From positions 14,848 through 78,847 of the IMG/VR virus record IMGVR_UViG_3300022200_000031: DNA of 64,000 nucleotides. The stretch is one strand, 5' to 3'. How positions within the stretch are numbered: the first letter of the stretch is position 1; each line of letters opens with the position of its first letter. Below, piece by piece: positions 7,508 to 16,160 of the stretch. The translations under genes were made by a program, and so were the position numbers. The stretch is from a virus. The notes below the pieces were generated by a model that was not told where the DNA came from, ran no database searches, and worked only from the letters and a program-made list of their open reading frames with translations.

Positions 7508-7968
7508 TCCAGTCGTTTGTAGCATTACTGCTTGCCTCTTTTATTATGATGTCTGATGATTTCACATTCAAAGAGTACATCCATTCCGATACCGCCAATC
7601 GGCTCGGTATCTCCAATGTGCCTGATGCTGAACAGGTTGCTCGAGCAAAACAACTGTTCATGAAGGTAGTCCAACCAATCCGTGACAAATATGGTCCAGT
7701 CCAAATCACCAGTGGGTTCAGAAACAAAAAGTTGAATGATGCGGTCGGTGGTGTATCCGATTCTCAGCATATGACTGGTGAAGCAGTTGATCTCAAGATC
7801 AACGGAGTTGATCACTATCAAGTCTGTCAATGGATTCAGAATAATCTAATATTCGACCAATTAATCCTTGAACCGGGCTGGATTCATGTGTCATATTCTA
7901 CCGTCAAAAACCGCAGAGAGACGTTGACGGTAAAACAAGGAGTTACATACTCCGGGCTGATCCGCTGA
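7504..7968 (+). CDS. Peptidase M15A-like (Zn, peptidoglycan) protein, candidate endolysin
   Basis: SGFR...SQHMTGEAVD...WIHVS motifs; hydrophobic N-terminus. Confidence 0.85.
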   Translation: MIQSFVALLLASFIMMSDDFTFKEYIHSDTANRLGISNVPDAEQVARAKQLFMKVVQPIRDKYGPVQITSGFRNKKLNDAVGGVSDSQHMTGEAVDLKINGVDHYQVCQWIQNNLIFDQLILEPGWIHVSYSTVKNRRETLTVKQGVTYSGLIR

Positions 7969-8013
7969 TCGAAAATTTCTATCAAAAATCCCAAAATAAT
8001 CCAAAATTAGCTG

Positions 8014-8061
8014 TTGCCTTTTAGCCCAGAATCTGATATAATGACCCTGTCAATTGAGAGA
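8014..8061 (+). promoter_or_regulatory. Early promoter cassette, copy 2
   Basis: TTGCCT-17 nt-TATAAT with upstream A-tracts; 24 bp identical to 4054-4077. Confidence 0.8.
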
Positions 8062-8078
8062 ACAACTGGAGAGAAATT

Positions 8079-8243
8079 ATGAGCAAAATGAGCAACAAAG
8101 TTCTTGAGATCCAAGAACTCCTCGAAACCTACTACGGTGCACCCAATGGTCTGACTCTGGAAGAGATTGCCGAGAAGGCCGAAGTGCCTCTGGATTGGGT
8201 TGAGGTTGAATACGAAGCTATGATTGAAGATTTGTACGCGTAA
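8079..8243 (+). CDS. Small acidic HTH-like early protein (54 aa)
   Basis: GGAG SD; translated by hand, contains GLTLEEIAEKAEVPLDWV. Confidence 0.65.
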   Translation: MSKMSNKVLEIQELLETYYGAPNGLTLEEIAEKAEVPLDWVEVEYEAMIEDLYA

Positions 8244-8253
8244 GGAGAGAGAT

Positions 8254-8439
8254 ATGAATACACACGCCCTTTTAAATGATTTGATTCAAAAACAGTACGA
8301 TGCACACAAGACCTATGCTTACACAGCTGGGTACATGCAGACCACTGTCGATTGGATGTTAATGGATATGCCTAAGAAGGCTCGTGAAAAGTGGATCAAC
8401 CAGTTCAAGACTGATCTGGCTCGTCTGCAAGGAGTTTAA
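8254..8439 (+). CDS. Hypothetical protein
   Basis: AAGGAG SD then ATG. Confidence 0.65.
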   Translation: MNTHALLNDLIQKQYDAHKTYAYTAGYMQTTVDWMLMDMPKKAREKWINQFKTDLARLQGV

Positions 8440-8441
8440 TC

Positions 8442-8609
8442 ATGCGTGGTTCAATTCGAATTGTTCTTGGTTTGGTAATGTTTTGGTTTGCTGTTATTGG
8501 CATGATGAGTGCTACTGAAGCATGGCAGTGGATTGTTTCTGCTGTGATGGTATTACCGATCAGTGTATTGGTGATCTACTCTGTGTTTGAAGAATACTTG
8601 GAGAAGTAA
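8442..8609 (+). CDS. Small membrane protein (55 aa)
   Basis: Translated by hand; two hydrophobic helices; AGGAG SD. Confidence 0.6.
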   Translation: MRGSIRIVLGLVMFWFAVIGMMSATEAWQWIVSAVMVLPISVLVIYSVFEEYLEK

Positions 8610-8610
8610 G

Positions 8611-8769
8611 ATGATGGATTGGCGTGAATATGCACTTGAGTCTGTTGACATGGGAATCATTAGCAAGGATGCTTTAATCTTGGCCTGTATCCAATATATG
8701 AGCCAGGATGAGGTCCGTGATATGTTAGTGATTAATGAATTTATTCCTGAAGAGGAGGAAGCAGCATGA
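8611..8769 (+). CDS. Hypothetical protein
   Basis: GGAG SD; ACIQYMSQDEVRDML. Confidence 0.6.
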   Translation: MMDWREYALESVDMGIISKDALILACIQYMSQDEVRDMLVINEFIPEEEEAA

Positions 8770-9032
8770 CATTCTCGACCCAAAGCTCGAGCAAGGCTCG
8801 TTTGAAGAACGACACTCTTGGAGATGAAGCACTCAAGCAGTTGTACACTAACTACGAAGTACTTGGCGTAGAGGAGTTTCGTGAATTCTGTATTAGTATG
8901 GTTCAGTCTGGTGGTGGTCATCAACCAACCAAGGACAAGTTGATTAATGCGATTCGTACTACGAACGCCAAGCAAGTTATGATGAAGAAGGCTCAGGACT
9001 TCACTCTGGCTGGAATGGGGTTGGGTGTATGA
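8766..9032 (+). CDS. Hypothetical protein
   Basis: ATGA coupling, GAGG SD. Confidence 0.65.
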   Translation: MTFSTQSSSKARLKNDTLGDEALKQLYTNYEVLGVEEFREFCISMVQSGGGHQPTKDKLINAIRTTNAKQVMMKKAQDFTLAGMGLGV

Positions 9033-9250
9033 GTAACCAGCGTCCAGGAAAGTGGAAGCCAGCTGCCCTTGATGGGGGTAGCCTGACTGGTGGACCTATG
9101 CGCCAACTTGAGTTCTTCAAAGGATGTAAGGAAGTCCTCGAGCGCTATGGCCATGAGGAAGCTGCTTTTTATTTTGAGCAGTGTGAGTCATGGATCCGTG
9201 AGGGTAAGGACTTATTTCATGAGAAACCATCAAAGGTGTTAGGTGTTTAG
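9029..9250 (+). CDS. Hypothetical protein
   Basis: ATGA coupling. Confidence 0.65.
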   Translation: MSNQRPGKWKPAALDGGSLTGGPMRQLEFFKGCKEVLERYGHEEAAFYFEQCESWIREGKDLFHEKPSKVLGV

Positions 9251-9440
9251 ACATAGAACGAATGGGTACCGTGTACTCCTTTCTAAAGACAGAAAGGAGC
9301 ATACATGGGATTATGATCGATTGTGGGAAGCAGAGAACCATTATCAGCAGTTGACTGATTATGATGTTTGTATGATACTAGCGCTTTCACCAATCAATGT
9401 GAAACTTGTACAGGAGAAGAGGAATGCCACAGTTGCGTAA
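9243..9440 (+). CDS. Hypothetical protein
   Basis: Overlapping ORF within the operon, GTG start. Confidence 0.5.
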   Translation: MFRHRTNGYRVLLSKDRKEHTWDYDRLWEAENHYQQLTDYDVCMILALSPINVKLVQEKRNATVA

Positions 9441-9612
9441 GAAGTTAAGCTACAAGAGTAAGAAACTTGTTAAGAATATGAATGAGGACCAGCGCCTAAT
9501 GAAATCAATGGGTGCATTCTCAGAAGAGTCAATGTATATGAGTGACTATGAGGTCAAAGAAGTTATCCGTAACGAATTTGGCTTTGGTGAAGGCTTTAAT
9601 AGTGATTGGTGA
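9424..9612 (+). CDS. Hypothetical protein
   Basis: ATG after a GGAG/GAGG-rich leader. Confidence 0.55.
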   Translation: MPQLRKKLSYKSKKLVKNMNEDQRLMKSMGAFSEESMYMSDYEVKEVIRNEFGFGEGFNSDW

Positions 9613-9615
9613 TTT

Positions 9616-10113
9616 ATGAAAGTTTATATTGGACCGTTCCCCGAAGATGTTAATGAAGATCGTGTAGAAGAGATTGAGATCCATGACTACGATACATGGT
9701 CCATGGACTACACTCTTGCTCTGATCATCCTTCCAATGCTTCGTCAGCTTCACCTGACCAAGCATGGAGCTCCGTATGTAGATCCGGATGATGTTCCGAT
9801 CACATACAAGCCGACAGATGCTCCCTCCGATGATAATAATTGGGTGGACAATACTCACTTCCGTCGCTGGGACTGGGTGCTGGGTGAAATGATCTTTGCA
9901 TTTGAGAACAAGGTTGCTGATGATTGGGAAGATCAGTTCTGGACTGGTGAGCATGACTACCAGTGGAAGGAGCTGGAGGATGGAACCTCTGAGATGTACG
10001 AAGGTCCGAACCATACAGCTAAGTGCGACTGGGAAGGACGAGCTAAGTACCAAAAGCGAATCACTAATGGGTTCCGTCTGTTTGGTAAGTACTATGAAAA
10101 CCTTTGGGATTAA
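9616..10113 (+). CDS. Conserved phage hypothetical protein
   Basis: DTWSMDYTLA...HGAP...GFRLFGKYYENLWD pattern common in large phages. Confidence 0.75.
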   Translation: MKVYIGPFPEDVNEDRVEEIEIHDYDTWSMDYTLALIILPMLRQLHLTKHGAPYVDPDDVPITYKPTDAPSDDNNWVDNTHFRRWDWVLGEMIFAFENKVADDWEDQFWTGEHDYQWKELEDGTSEMYEGPNHTAKCDWEGRAKYQKRITNGFRLFGKYYENLWD

Positions 10114-10115
10114 TT

Positions 10116-10319
10116 ATGGACAGTGTATATATGACTATTCACAACTGTTTGTTCGATGGTGAAAAACTAGCTAAGATGAAACAAGTAACTCGCCTGGAAG
10201 TTATTGATGACACAGGACGAGCCTACACTAAGTACCTCAAAGATGGTGAGAGTGTCCAGTACAGCCTCCAGGATGATAATCGTACACTAAAGGTGTTCAT
10301 TGGTAAGGATGAATTATGA
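10116..10319 (+). CDS. Hypothetical protein
   Basis: VTRLEVID...SLQDDNRTLKVF; start position uncertain. Confidence 0.6.
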   Translation: MDSVYMTIHNCLFDGEKLAKMKQVTRLEVIDDTGRAYTKYLKDGESVQYSLQDDNRTLKVFIGKDEL

Positions 10320-10332
10320 ACAGAGTACCAGA

Positions 10333-10494
10333 ATGAAACAGATACTCGCACACATCCTGTTCTTTATTGGCGATAAGATCTCATACCCAATGGCAAAGTA
10401 TGATCTTGGATGGGTGTATCCAATCTACAACTGGTGTATGATCAAGTCTGGTGAGTTTGATGTGAAGGAAAAGATATGGTCAAAAACTTCATAA
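10333..10494 (+). CDS. Hypothetical protein
   Basis: Small ORF within the operon. Confidence 0.5.
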   Translation: MKQILAHILFFIGDKISYPMAKYDLGWVYPIYNWCMIKSGEFDVKEKIWSKTS

Positions 10495-10664
10495 ACTGGT
10501 TGAAATATTCTGGTGTATGGTGTACAATTATACTCAATCCTTTCCACTGGAGTTTCAGTTGGGAGGTAGTGAAGCAGGATCCCCTAAATCCAAAAATGAC
10601 ACAGTTGGATTTTAAACTAGGCCCCGTGCGTTTGTTGATTGTGTTTGATAATGGAGAATGGTAA
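10476..10664 (+). CDS. Hypothetical protein
   Basis: AAGGA SD then ATG. Confidence 0.55.
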   Translation: MVKNFINWLKYSGVWCTIILNPFHWSFSWEVVKQDPLNPKMTQLDFKLGPVRLLIVFDNGEW

Positions 10665-10666
10665 TA

Positions 10667-10948
10667 ATGATTAATATGAAACCGATTCAAATGGTATCTG
10701 CCCTACGCCAGGGTGTATGTAATGTTCAATTCACAAAGGTGGATGGTGAACATCGTGATATGGATTGTACACTGAACTTCAGTCGTATTCCTACTGATAA
10801 GGTTCCAAAGACTCAACAGGAAGCACAGGATCTATCTGAGCAGTCAGCACTGAGAGTGTTTGATGTTAACAAAGGGGAATGGAGATCATTCCGTATCGCC
10901 AACGTCAATGCATTCAAGGTGAAAGAACTTGTCGAGACGCCGAACTGA
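10667..10948 (+). CDS. Sm-like/SH3 beta-barrel (WYL_2/DUF2693-like) protein
   Basis: VQFTKVDGEHRDMDCTL...VFDVNKGEWRSFR. Confidence 0.75.
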   Translation: MINMKPIQMVSALRQGVCNVQFTKVDGEHRDMDCTLNFSRIPTDKVPKTQQEAQDLSEQSALRVFDVNKGEWRSFRIANVNAFKVKELVETPN

Positions 10949-11231
10949 TCCACTAACCAGAAATGAATTGTTTGATATGCTGAGCGATAAGGTGTGTACT
11001 ATAAGATACTCACCACCTCGCTCAACAGCAAAGACGATTCGAGCAACACTAAAGCATGAATGGATTAAAAAGCTAGATAACTTCCCTATCGGATTTGAGT
11101 CTATTAGGGAATGTGCTCTTTTTGATCTCCATAGTGTAAATGTGCTTGACATTGATTCAAATAGATGGGAAAATATCCCTGTAAATAAGATTATCGATTT
11201 CATTGTTCCAGGAGATGATAGTGGCTATTAG
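10929..11231 (+). CDS. Divergent WYL_2-like protein
   Basis: VCTIRY...IRATL...VLDIDSNRWENI, same layout as the preceding gene. Confidence 0.5.
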   Translation: MSRRRTDPLTRNELFDMLSDKVCTIRYSPPRSTAKTIRATLKHEWIKKLDNFPIGFESIRECALFDLHSVNVLDIDSNRWENIPVNKIIDFIVPGDDSGY

Positions 11232-11706
11232 AAAGAAGCGCAAGATGACCCCCGAGCAGAAAGCTGCTGCAGTTGAACGCCTTGCCAAAGCTCGTGAGAA
11301 GCGCCTGAAGGCAAATCCACCCGAGTATAAAAACATTGCTGATTCTGTTTTAGCGCTCCCAGAGGATCATCCTCTATCAATGCAAAAGGTCAAGCAGTGG
11401 ATCAAGACTCAGAAAGACCTTTTGGCCGCTGAGAAGAGATCAGTGCGTTCTGATCCTAAGCGTGGTGAGGCCAAGACTCTTGCCATCTCTGGTTATATTA
11501 ACAACATGGAGGCCTACCTTCGTCATGGGGACTGGCAGGATCTCTTCTGGGGTGAGTATGCAGAGAACAAAATGGGTCATGTATGTACTCATCCGTCCTA
11601 TGATAAGAATGGTGAGATCCAGCGTACAGTTGGTGTGTACTATAAGGATCTGGGCATGGAATGGACACATGGAATGGACCAAATGAATAGAGCTCGTAAC
11701 AAATGA
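11221..11706 (+). CDS. Conserved T4-like hypothetical protein
   Basis: MTPEQKAAAVERLAKAR; GGAG SD before GTG; lies upstream of gp33. Confidence 0.7.
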   Translation: MAIRKKRKMTPEQKAAAVERLAKAREKRLKANPPEYKNIADSVLALPEDHPLSMQKVKQWIKTQKDLLAAEKRSVRSDPKRGEAKTLAISGYINNMEAYLRHGDWQDLFWGEYAENKMGHVCTHPSYDKNGEIQRTVGVYYKDLGMEWTHGMDQMNRARNK

Positions 11707-11942
11707 TGGACCTAGAAAACAAAATAATTACCAAGAAAAGATTTAGTGATGCTGTCGAGCAGTTGGTTGTACGTCATAAGCTGCCTTTCATGGAAGCAGT
11801 AATTGAGGTATGTGACAGCACCGGAATTGATCCAGCTGATGTGAAACGATTGCTTTCTGATTCAATTACCAATAAGATTGAGGCAGAGGCAATGAACCTG
11901 AATATGATTCCGAAGACCAATGAACTACCGTTCGACGATTAA
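11703..11942 (+). CDS. gp33: Late transcription coactivator gp33
   Basis: KIEAEAMNLN motif; synteny gp33-gp59-gp32. Confidence 0.85.
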   Translation: MMDLENKIITKKRFSDAVEQLVVRHKLPFMEAVIEVCDSTGIDPADVKRLLSDSITNKIEAEAMNLNMIPKTNELPFDD

Positions 11943-11946
11943 CATA

Positions 11947-12549
11947 ATGGAACCGTTTGAGGCCTATAAACTCTACCAGGCAGTGAAGTTACATTTTGAT
12001 AGTGATAGTTATGATGCCGTCAAGTATAATTACAAGACGTCAGCTAAGGCTCAGGCTTTTTTTAAGAGGAAGGACAAATACTTCTTTGCGAAACTGGCCA
12101 AGAAGTATCCTAAGCAGAATCAATTGGTAGAGTACCTCGTGGCCCAGTTCACCAATGGATCCAAATGGGTTGGTGATATGGTTGATGAGGGAGGTGAGAA
12201 GAATTATCTCAACTGGCAAAAACATATACAAAGTCTGGGGTATGAATTCCAAAAAGATCTAAATACCCTTAGTACATGGTGCAATGCTGAACAACGACAG
12301 TTTGATGACCTCCTGACGGTCAGAGATAATCAGTACCCAGTAGTAGTGACCTTGTACTCTCGATCTGAGATCACGTTAGCGACAGTAGTGATACTAAATA
12401 AGCTGACGGGGTTTCTTGATAAAGCGAACAAAGAAGTTCGCGACCCTATTCTTTGGCCAGACCTTTATAGGAAGCTAAAGAAGACTGAACCTTTTATAGA
12501 TGTGGATCTCAATAAAATGAGAAAAGCTGTTGTCAAAGAGTTCAGTTAG
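11947..12549 (+). CDS. gp59: Helicase loader gp59
   Basis: YKLYQAVKLHF...YDAVKY...KRKDKYFFAKLA. Confidence 0.88.
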   Translation: MEPFEAYKLYQAVKLHFDSDSYDAVKYNYKTSAKAQAFFKRKDKYFFAKLAKKYPKQNQLVEYLVAQFTNGSKWVGDMVDEGGEKNYLNWQKHIQSLGYEFQKDLNTLSTWCNAEQRQFDDLLTVRDNQYPVVVTLYSRSEITLATVVILNKLTGFLDKANKEVRDPILWPDLYRKLKKTEPFIDVDLNKMRKAVVKEFS

Positions 12550-12558
12550 TAGTATAAT
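12530..12558 (+). promoter_or_regulatory. sigma70-type promoter for gp32
   Basis: TTGTCA-17 nt-TATAAT. Confidence 0.75.
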
Positions 12559-12623
12559 AGACGCATACATTATGAAGAAAGTGGACAACATAGTAATACA
12601 ACGCATATACAAGGAGACAAATT

Positions 12624-13532
12624 ATGTCATTTGATGCACTCAAGCGCTCTCGCGGCGCATCCGTAAACGACCTTCTCGCTGCTGCCGATAAACTCACTGG
12701 TGGTACTCAACAAGAGAAGAAATCCTATGTCGATGATCGTATCTGGAAGCCAACTGTAGATAAGGCCGGTAATGGTTACGCTGTAATCCGTTTCCTCCCT
12801 GCTGCGGAAGGTGAAGACCTCCCTTGGGCTCGTTATTGGGATCATGCATTCCAGGGTCCAACCGGTCAGTGGTACATCGAAAACTCTCTGACCTCTATTG
12901 GTCAGAATGATCCAGTATCAGAACTTAACTCTAAGCTCTGGAACACTGGTCTTGATGACGATAAGGCAACGGTTCGCAAGCAGAAGCGCCGTCTTAATTA
13001 TGTCACAAATATTATGGTTCTTTCAGATCCAGGTAATCCTGAAAACGAAGGCAAGGTCTTCCTCTACAAGTTTGGTAAGAAGATCTATGACATGATCATG
13101 GATGTCATGCAGCCACAGTTCCAGGACGAGCAACCGGTTAATCCGTTTGACTTCTGGGAAGGTGCTGACTTCAAACTGAAGATCCGTAAGGTAGAAGGCT
13201 ATCGTAACTACGATAAGTCTGAGTTTGCTTCTCCATCAGCTCTGATGGGTGGTGATGATTCTAAGCTCGAGCAGGTGTACAAATCGTTGTACTCTCTGAA
13301 GGAGTTCACTGATCCAGCAAACTATAAGTCATACGACGAGTTGAAACAGAAGCTCGATCGTGTACTGGGTGGTGTTGCAGCTCCAGTAACAACTGCAGAA
13401 GCAGTTGCATTGGACACTACAGCAGAGGCTCCAGTCATGCGTGAGGCACCTCAGCCAGTAGTAGCAACTGCTAATGATGAGGATGACGATGACACTCTGA
13501 GTTATTTCGCTAAACTAGCTAATGAGGGCTAA
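12624..13532 (+). CDS. gp32: ssDNA-binding protein gp32
   Basis: GNGYAVIRFLPA, WYIENS, NYDKSEF motifs and an acidic C-terminal tail. Confidence 0.96.
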   Translation: MSFDALKRSRGASVNDLLAAADKLTGGTQQEKKSYVDDRIWKPTVDKAGNGYAVIRFLPAAEGEDLPWARYWDHAFQGPTGQWYIENSLTSIGQNDPVSELNSKLWNTGLDDDKATVRKQKRRLNYVTNIMVLSDPGNPENEGKVFLYKFGKKIYDMIMDVMQPQFQDEQPVNPFDFWEGADFKLKIRKVEGYRNYDKSEFASPSALMGGDDSKLEQVYKSLYSLKEFTDPANYKSYDELKQKLDRVLGGVAAPVTTAEAVALDTTAEAPVMREAPQPVVATANDEDDDDTLSYFAKLANEG

Positions 13533-13539
13533 GAAAGAG

Positions 13540-13563
13540 AAGCCCCCGAAAGGGGGCTTTTTT
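13540..13563. terminator. Intrinsic terminator between convergent genes, likely bidirectional
   Basis: AAGCCCCC-GAAA-GGGGGCTT followed by a T run. Confidence 0.9.
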
Positions 13564-13564
13564 A

Positions 13565-15226
13565 TTATGGGGCTGTCATCATACTTTCGTAAGAAGGACC
13601 TGGGGCAGCCTTCTTTGCACCCCCACTTCTTACATTGACAGATCCCGTAGAGCTGCTGTTACTCACATTGTTGGTTGTTGATGGAGCATTGATAATCACT
13701 GGAGCTGATTTACTCTTCATGTTGGCATTAGCATCCTGTGCTGCATCCAACTGAGCACCTGTTTGATTTGGAATAGGTTGAGCATCATCACTATTGAACC
13801 ATCCCTTAATAGTTTCCCAACCACTCTGAGGAACATTTGGTGCAGGAGAGGACATTCCTGTGTTGCTGGTATCGTTCATGTTGCTTTCAGAACCAGAACC
13901 ACCTTCTGACATATCTGGTGCCAGACCAGCCCACTTCAGACCCTTGCGAACAGAAACCGGCAGAGACATATAGATGTTCTCCCAAGAGAAAGTTTCATCC
14001 ATCCATGTCTGGAAATCATCCCACCAACCAAACAAGGCATCACCAAGTCCACCTGCCCAATCTTTGAGATCAGTCCACTGCTTCTTGAGATTCTCCCATG
14101 AGAATGTTTCAGCAAACCAATCAATTACACCATCCACTGTATCAAAGATACCTTGGATTAGGTCATTAATTAATTCCTCGAAGGAGAATGAATCAAGCCA
14201 CTTCTCTGCATCCTTGAAACCCAGCTTACCGAGAACCCAGGAGATCAGGCTCTTACCAAGATCCATGATGCCACCAACAAGGTTACCAACCAAGCCACCG
14301 AAGAATGCTCCGAGCTTAGAAATGAATCCACCTTCTTTATTCCAGGCAGCAATTGCACCCTGCACTGTGGCAATGATTACTGTGATAGGCCAAGCAATCT
14401 TACTTGCAAGTTTGCCAAAGAAACCAAACGCTTTTGAGAACCCAGCAAAGTACTTGCTGATGCTGGCAGTCATCTTTGACATCTTGCCAACGGTGCCCGT
14501 CATCTTCTTGAAGATGTAGATTGTAGGGCGGAAGAATCTATACAATGAGTTCATCCAACCCCTGAACATATTGATCCCCTTGAGGACCAGTTGACCAGCT
14601 TTTGATTTGCCAAGAGAAGAAAACATCTTACTGATGCTCGTTCCTAGAGACTTGAAACCACTCTTGACAAGAGAGAAAAAGTCCTTACCAAGACCTTTCA
14701 ATGCCTTGCCTAGTTCAATCACAAATGTCTTGAGGAAGATATATCCAAGTCTGAATGATCTGGTAATGTATCCAAGATACTTGTTAGTCTTCATGGATGC
14801 TTTGAGAATACGGCTACCCATCTTCTCCATTGTTGTAATAGATTTAAGAGAGAACGCTTTCCATCCCTTGTACCATCCTTTCAGACCACCCACAATAGTA
14901 CCAAGAGTACCAGCAAGCATCAGGCCCCAGCCAGCAATACCAAAGCCTTCTTCAGGTTTGGCATCCCCACCTTTGTCTTTTGGTTTGAGATCATGTAAAG
15001 CATCCAACATCTTCTCATTGAAGATCTGTTGTTCACGAGTCGCTTCGAGCTTAGCTAATGCATCACCAGTGACAGCAATGATAAGGTTTTCAAACTTCTC
15101 TTCGACCATATCATGAAACATATCAAGATACTCAACAGCCAGGTTGCTGTTGGCGCGCATGATCCCAAGATTCTCATTTGCAATCTCAAGTTCAAGTGTT
15201 ACATCTGCTAATGTTGCTGCTGCCAT
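13565..15226 (-). CDS. Tape measure / gp29-like baseplate hub protein
   Basis: Long amphipathic helical repeats rich in K/F/G/W; low-complexity C-terminus; follows gp26-gp51. Confidence 0.65.
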   Translation of the reverse strand: MAAATLADVTLELEIANENLGIMRANSNLAVEYLDMFHDMVEEKFENLIIAVTGDALAKLEATREQQIFNEKMLDALHDLKPKDKGGDAKPEEGFGIAGWGLMLAGTLGTIVGGLKGWYKGWKAFSLKSITTMEKMGSRILKASMKTNKYLGYITRSFRLGYIFLKTFVIELGKALKGLGKDFFSLVKSGFKSLGTSISKMFSSLGKSKAGQLVLKGINMFRGWMNSLYRFFRPTIYIFKKMTGTVGKMSKMTASISKYFAGFSKAFGFFGKLASKIAWPITVIIATVQGAIAAWNKEGGFISKLGAFFGGLVGNLVGGIMDLGKSLISWVLGKLGFKDAEKWLDSFSFEELINDLIQGIFDTVDGVIDWFAETFSWENLKKQWTDLKDWAGGLGDALFGWWDDFQTWMDETFSWENIYMSLPVSVRKGLKWAGLAPDMSEGGSGSESNMNDTSNTGMSSPAPNVPQSGWETIKGWFNSDDAQPIPNQTGAQLDAAQDANANMKSKSAPVIINAPSTTNNVSNSSSTGSVNVRSGGAKKAAPGPSYESMMTAP

Positions 15227-15418
15227 TTAGTGTCTCTGCTTTGCTGCCTTCATACGTTCGTTTTCTGCCTTAATATGTTCCACGAGCATGGAAACATATA
15301 TTTCCCTCTCCCATGGCATCATATTTTCCAATTCGGTTAAACTATACTGATGATTCTGCATCATCTGAAAGTTCACCTTGTAGTGGTTTACGAGGTTATC
15401 GTGGGAGAGGCCTAGGAG
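15227..15418 (-). CDS. gp51: Baseplate hub assembly protein gp51 (ATG at 15364, or -1 frameshift extension of gp26)
   Basis: NFQMMQNHQYSLTELENMMPWEREIYV motif. Confidence 0.8.
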   Translation of the reverse strand, partial: LLGLSHDNLVNHYKVNFQMMQNHQYSLTELENMMPWEREIYVSMLVEHIKAENERMKAAKQRH

Positions 15419-16140
15419 AAAAAATTCTGTAGACCCTCTACATGACGCTCGTTGTGATGACCACACTTGTCACAATCAAATACAATATCAGTATTGATTG
15501 AAGGAACTTCATTTGCAAATCCTGACAGAGCAGCAAACTGCTGTGCATTCATTGACTCAATGAAATCCAGTAACTCTTTCTTGGTATGATCCTTTGCATA
15601 CAAAGTTTCATCACCGTAAAAAATAACATCGATCGATGCAATAATGGTTTCAAACAACTGGTCTACTCTACTAGCCTCACTATTTGTGTCTCTAGTATGC
15701 TTCATAGTATCCATTGCATCTGCAACCGTTGGATACTTCATCTGAATAGACAGGTTATCACTAACCTTAACCAGCAAGTCCTTTTTACCTTGCATCTTCG
15801 GAGCTTCGATTGCAGCCAGATTAACGGTCACATCATTAAGCTCTTCACACTTCTCACACTTAAAGCGAATGTCAGTGGTTTCACCAACACTCTTTGATCT
15901 TAGCTGTAAGAAAATATACTCAAGATCAAATGGTGTGATATTCTTTGCATTGAGAGCACCATCAGTACAGCTACCAATTGTGTCAACCAATGCTTTTGTA
16001 ATATTAACTTCGTCCTGTGACTCCAATGCAATCATCAGGACCTTTTCTTCTTTAACCAAGTATGGTCTAAATTGTACCACCTCACCACTCGATGGTACAG
16101 TCATACTATACTTCGGTGATGCTAAATTAGGCAATGCCAT
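15412..16140 (-). CDS. gp26: Baseplate hub assembly protein gp26
   Basis: MALP...FRPYLVKEEKVL...DLEYIFLQLRSKSVGE; two CxxC pairs. Confidence 0.9.
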   Translation of the reverse strand: MALPNLASPKYSMTVPSSGEVVQFRPYLVKEEKVLMIALESQDEVNITKALVDTIGSCTDGALNAKNITPFDLEYIFLQLRSKSVGETTDIRFKCEKCEELNDVTVNLAAIEAPKMQGKKDLLVKVSDNLSIQMKYPTVADAMDTMKHTRDTNSEASRVDQLFETIIASIDVIFYGDETLYAKDHTKKELLDFIESMNAQQFAALSGFANEVPSINTDIVFDCDKCGHHNERHVEGLQNFFS

Positions 16141-16160
16141 ATCAATTCACTCCTTATAAA

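Noticed and set aside
13837-15116. Long + strand ORFs (181 aa and 169 aa)
   Set aside because: They are antisense shadows of the tape measure gene, with no SD or recognisable motifs
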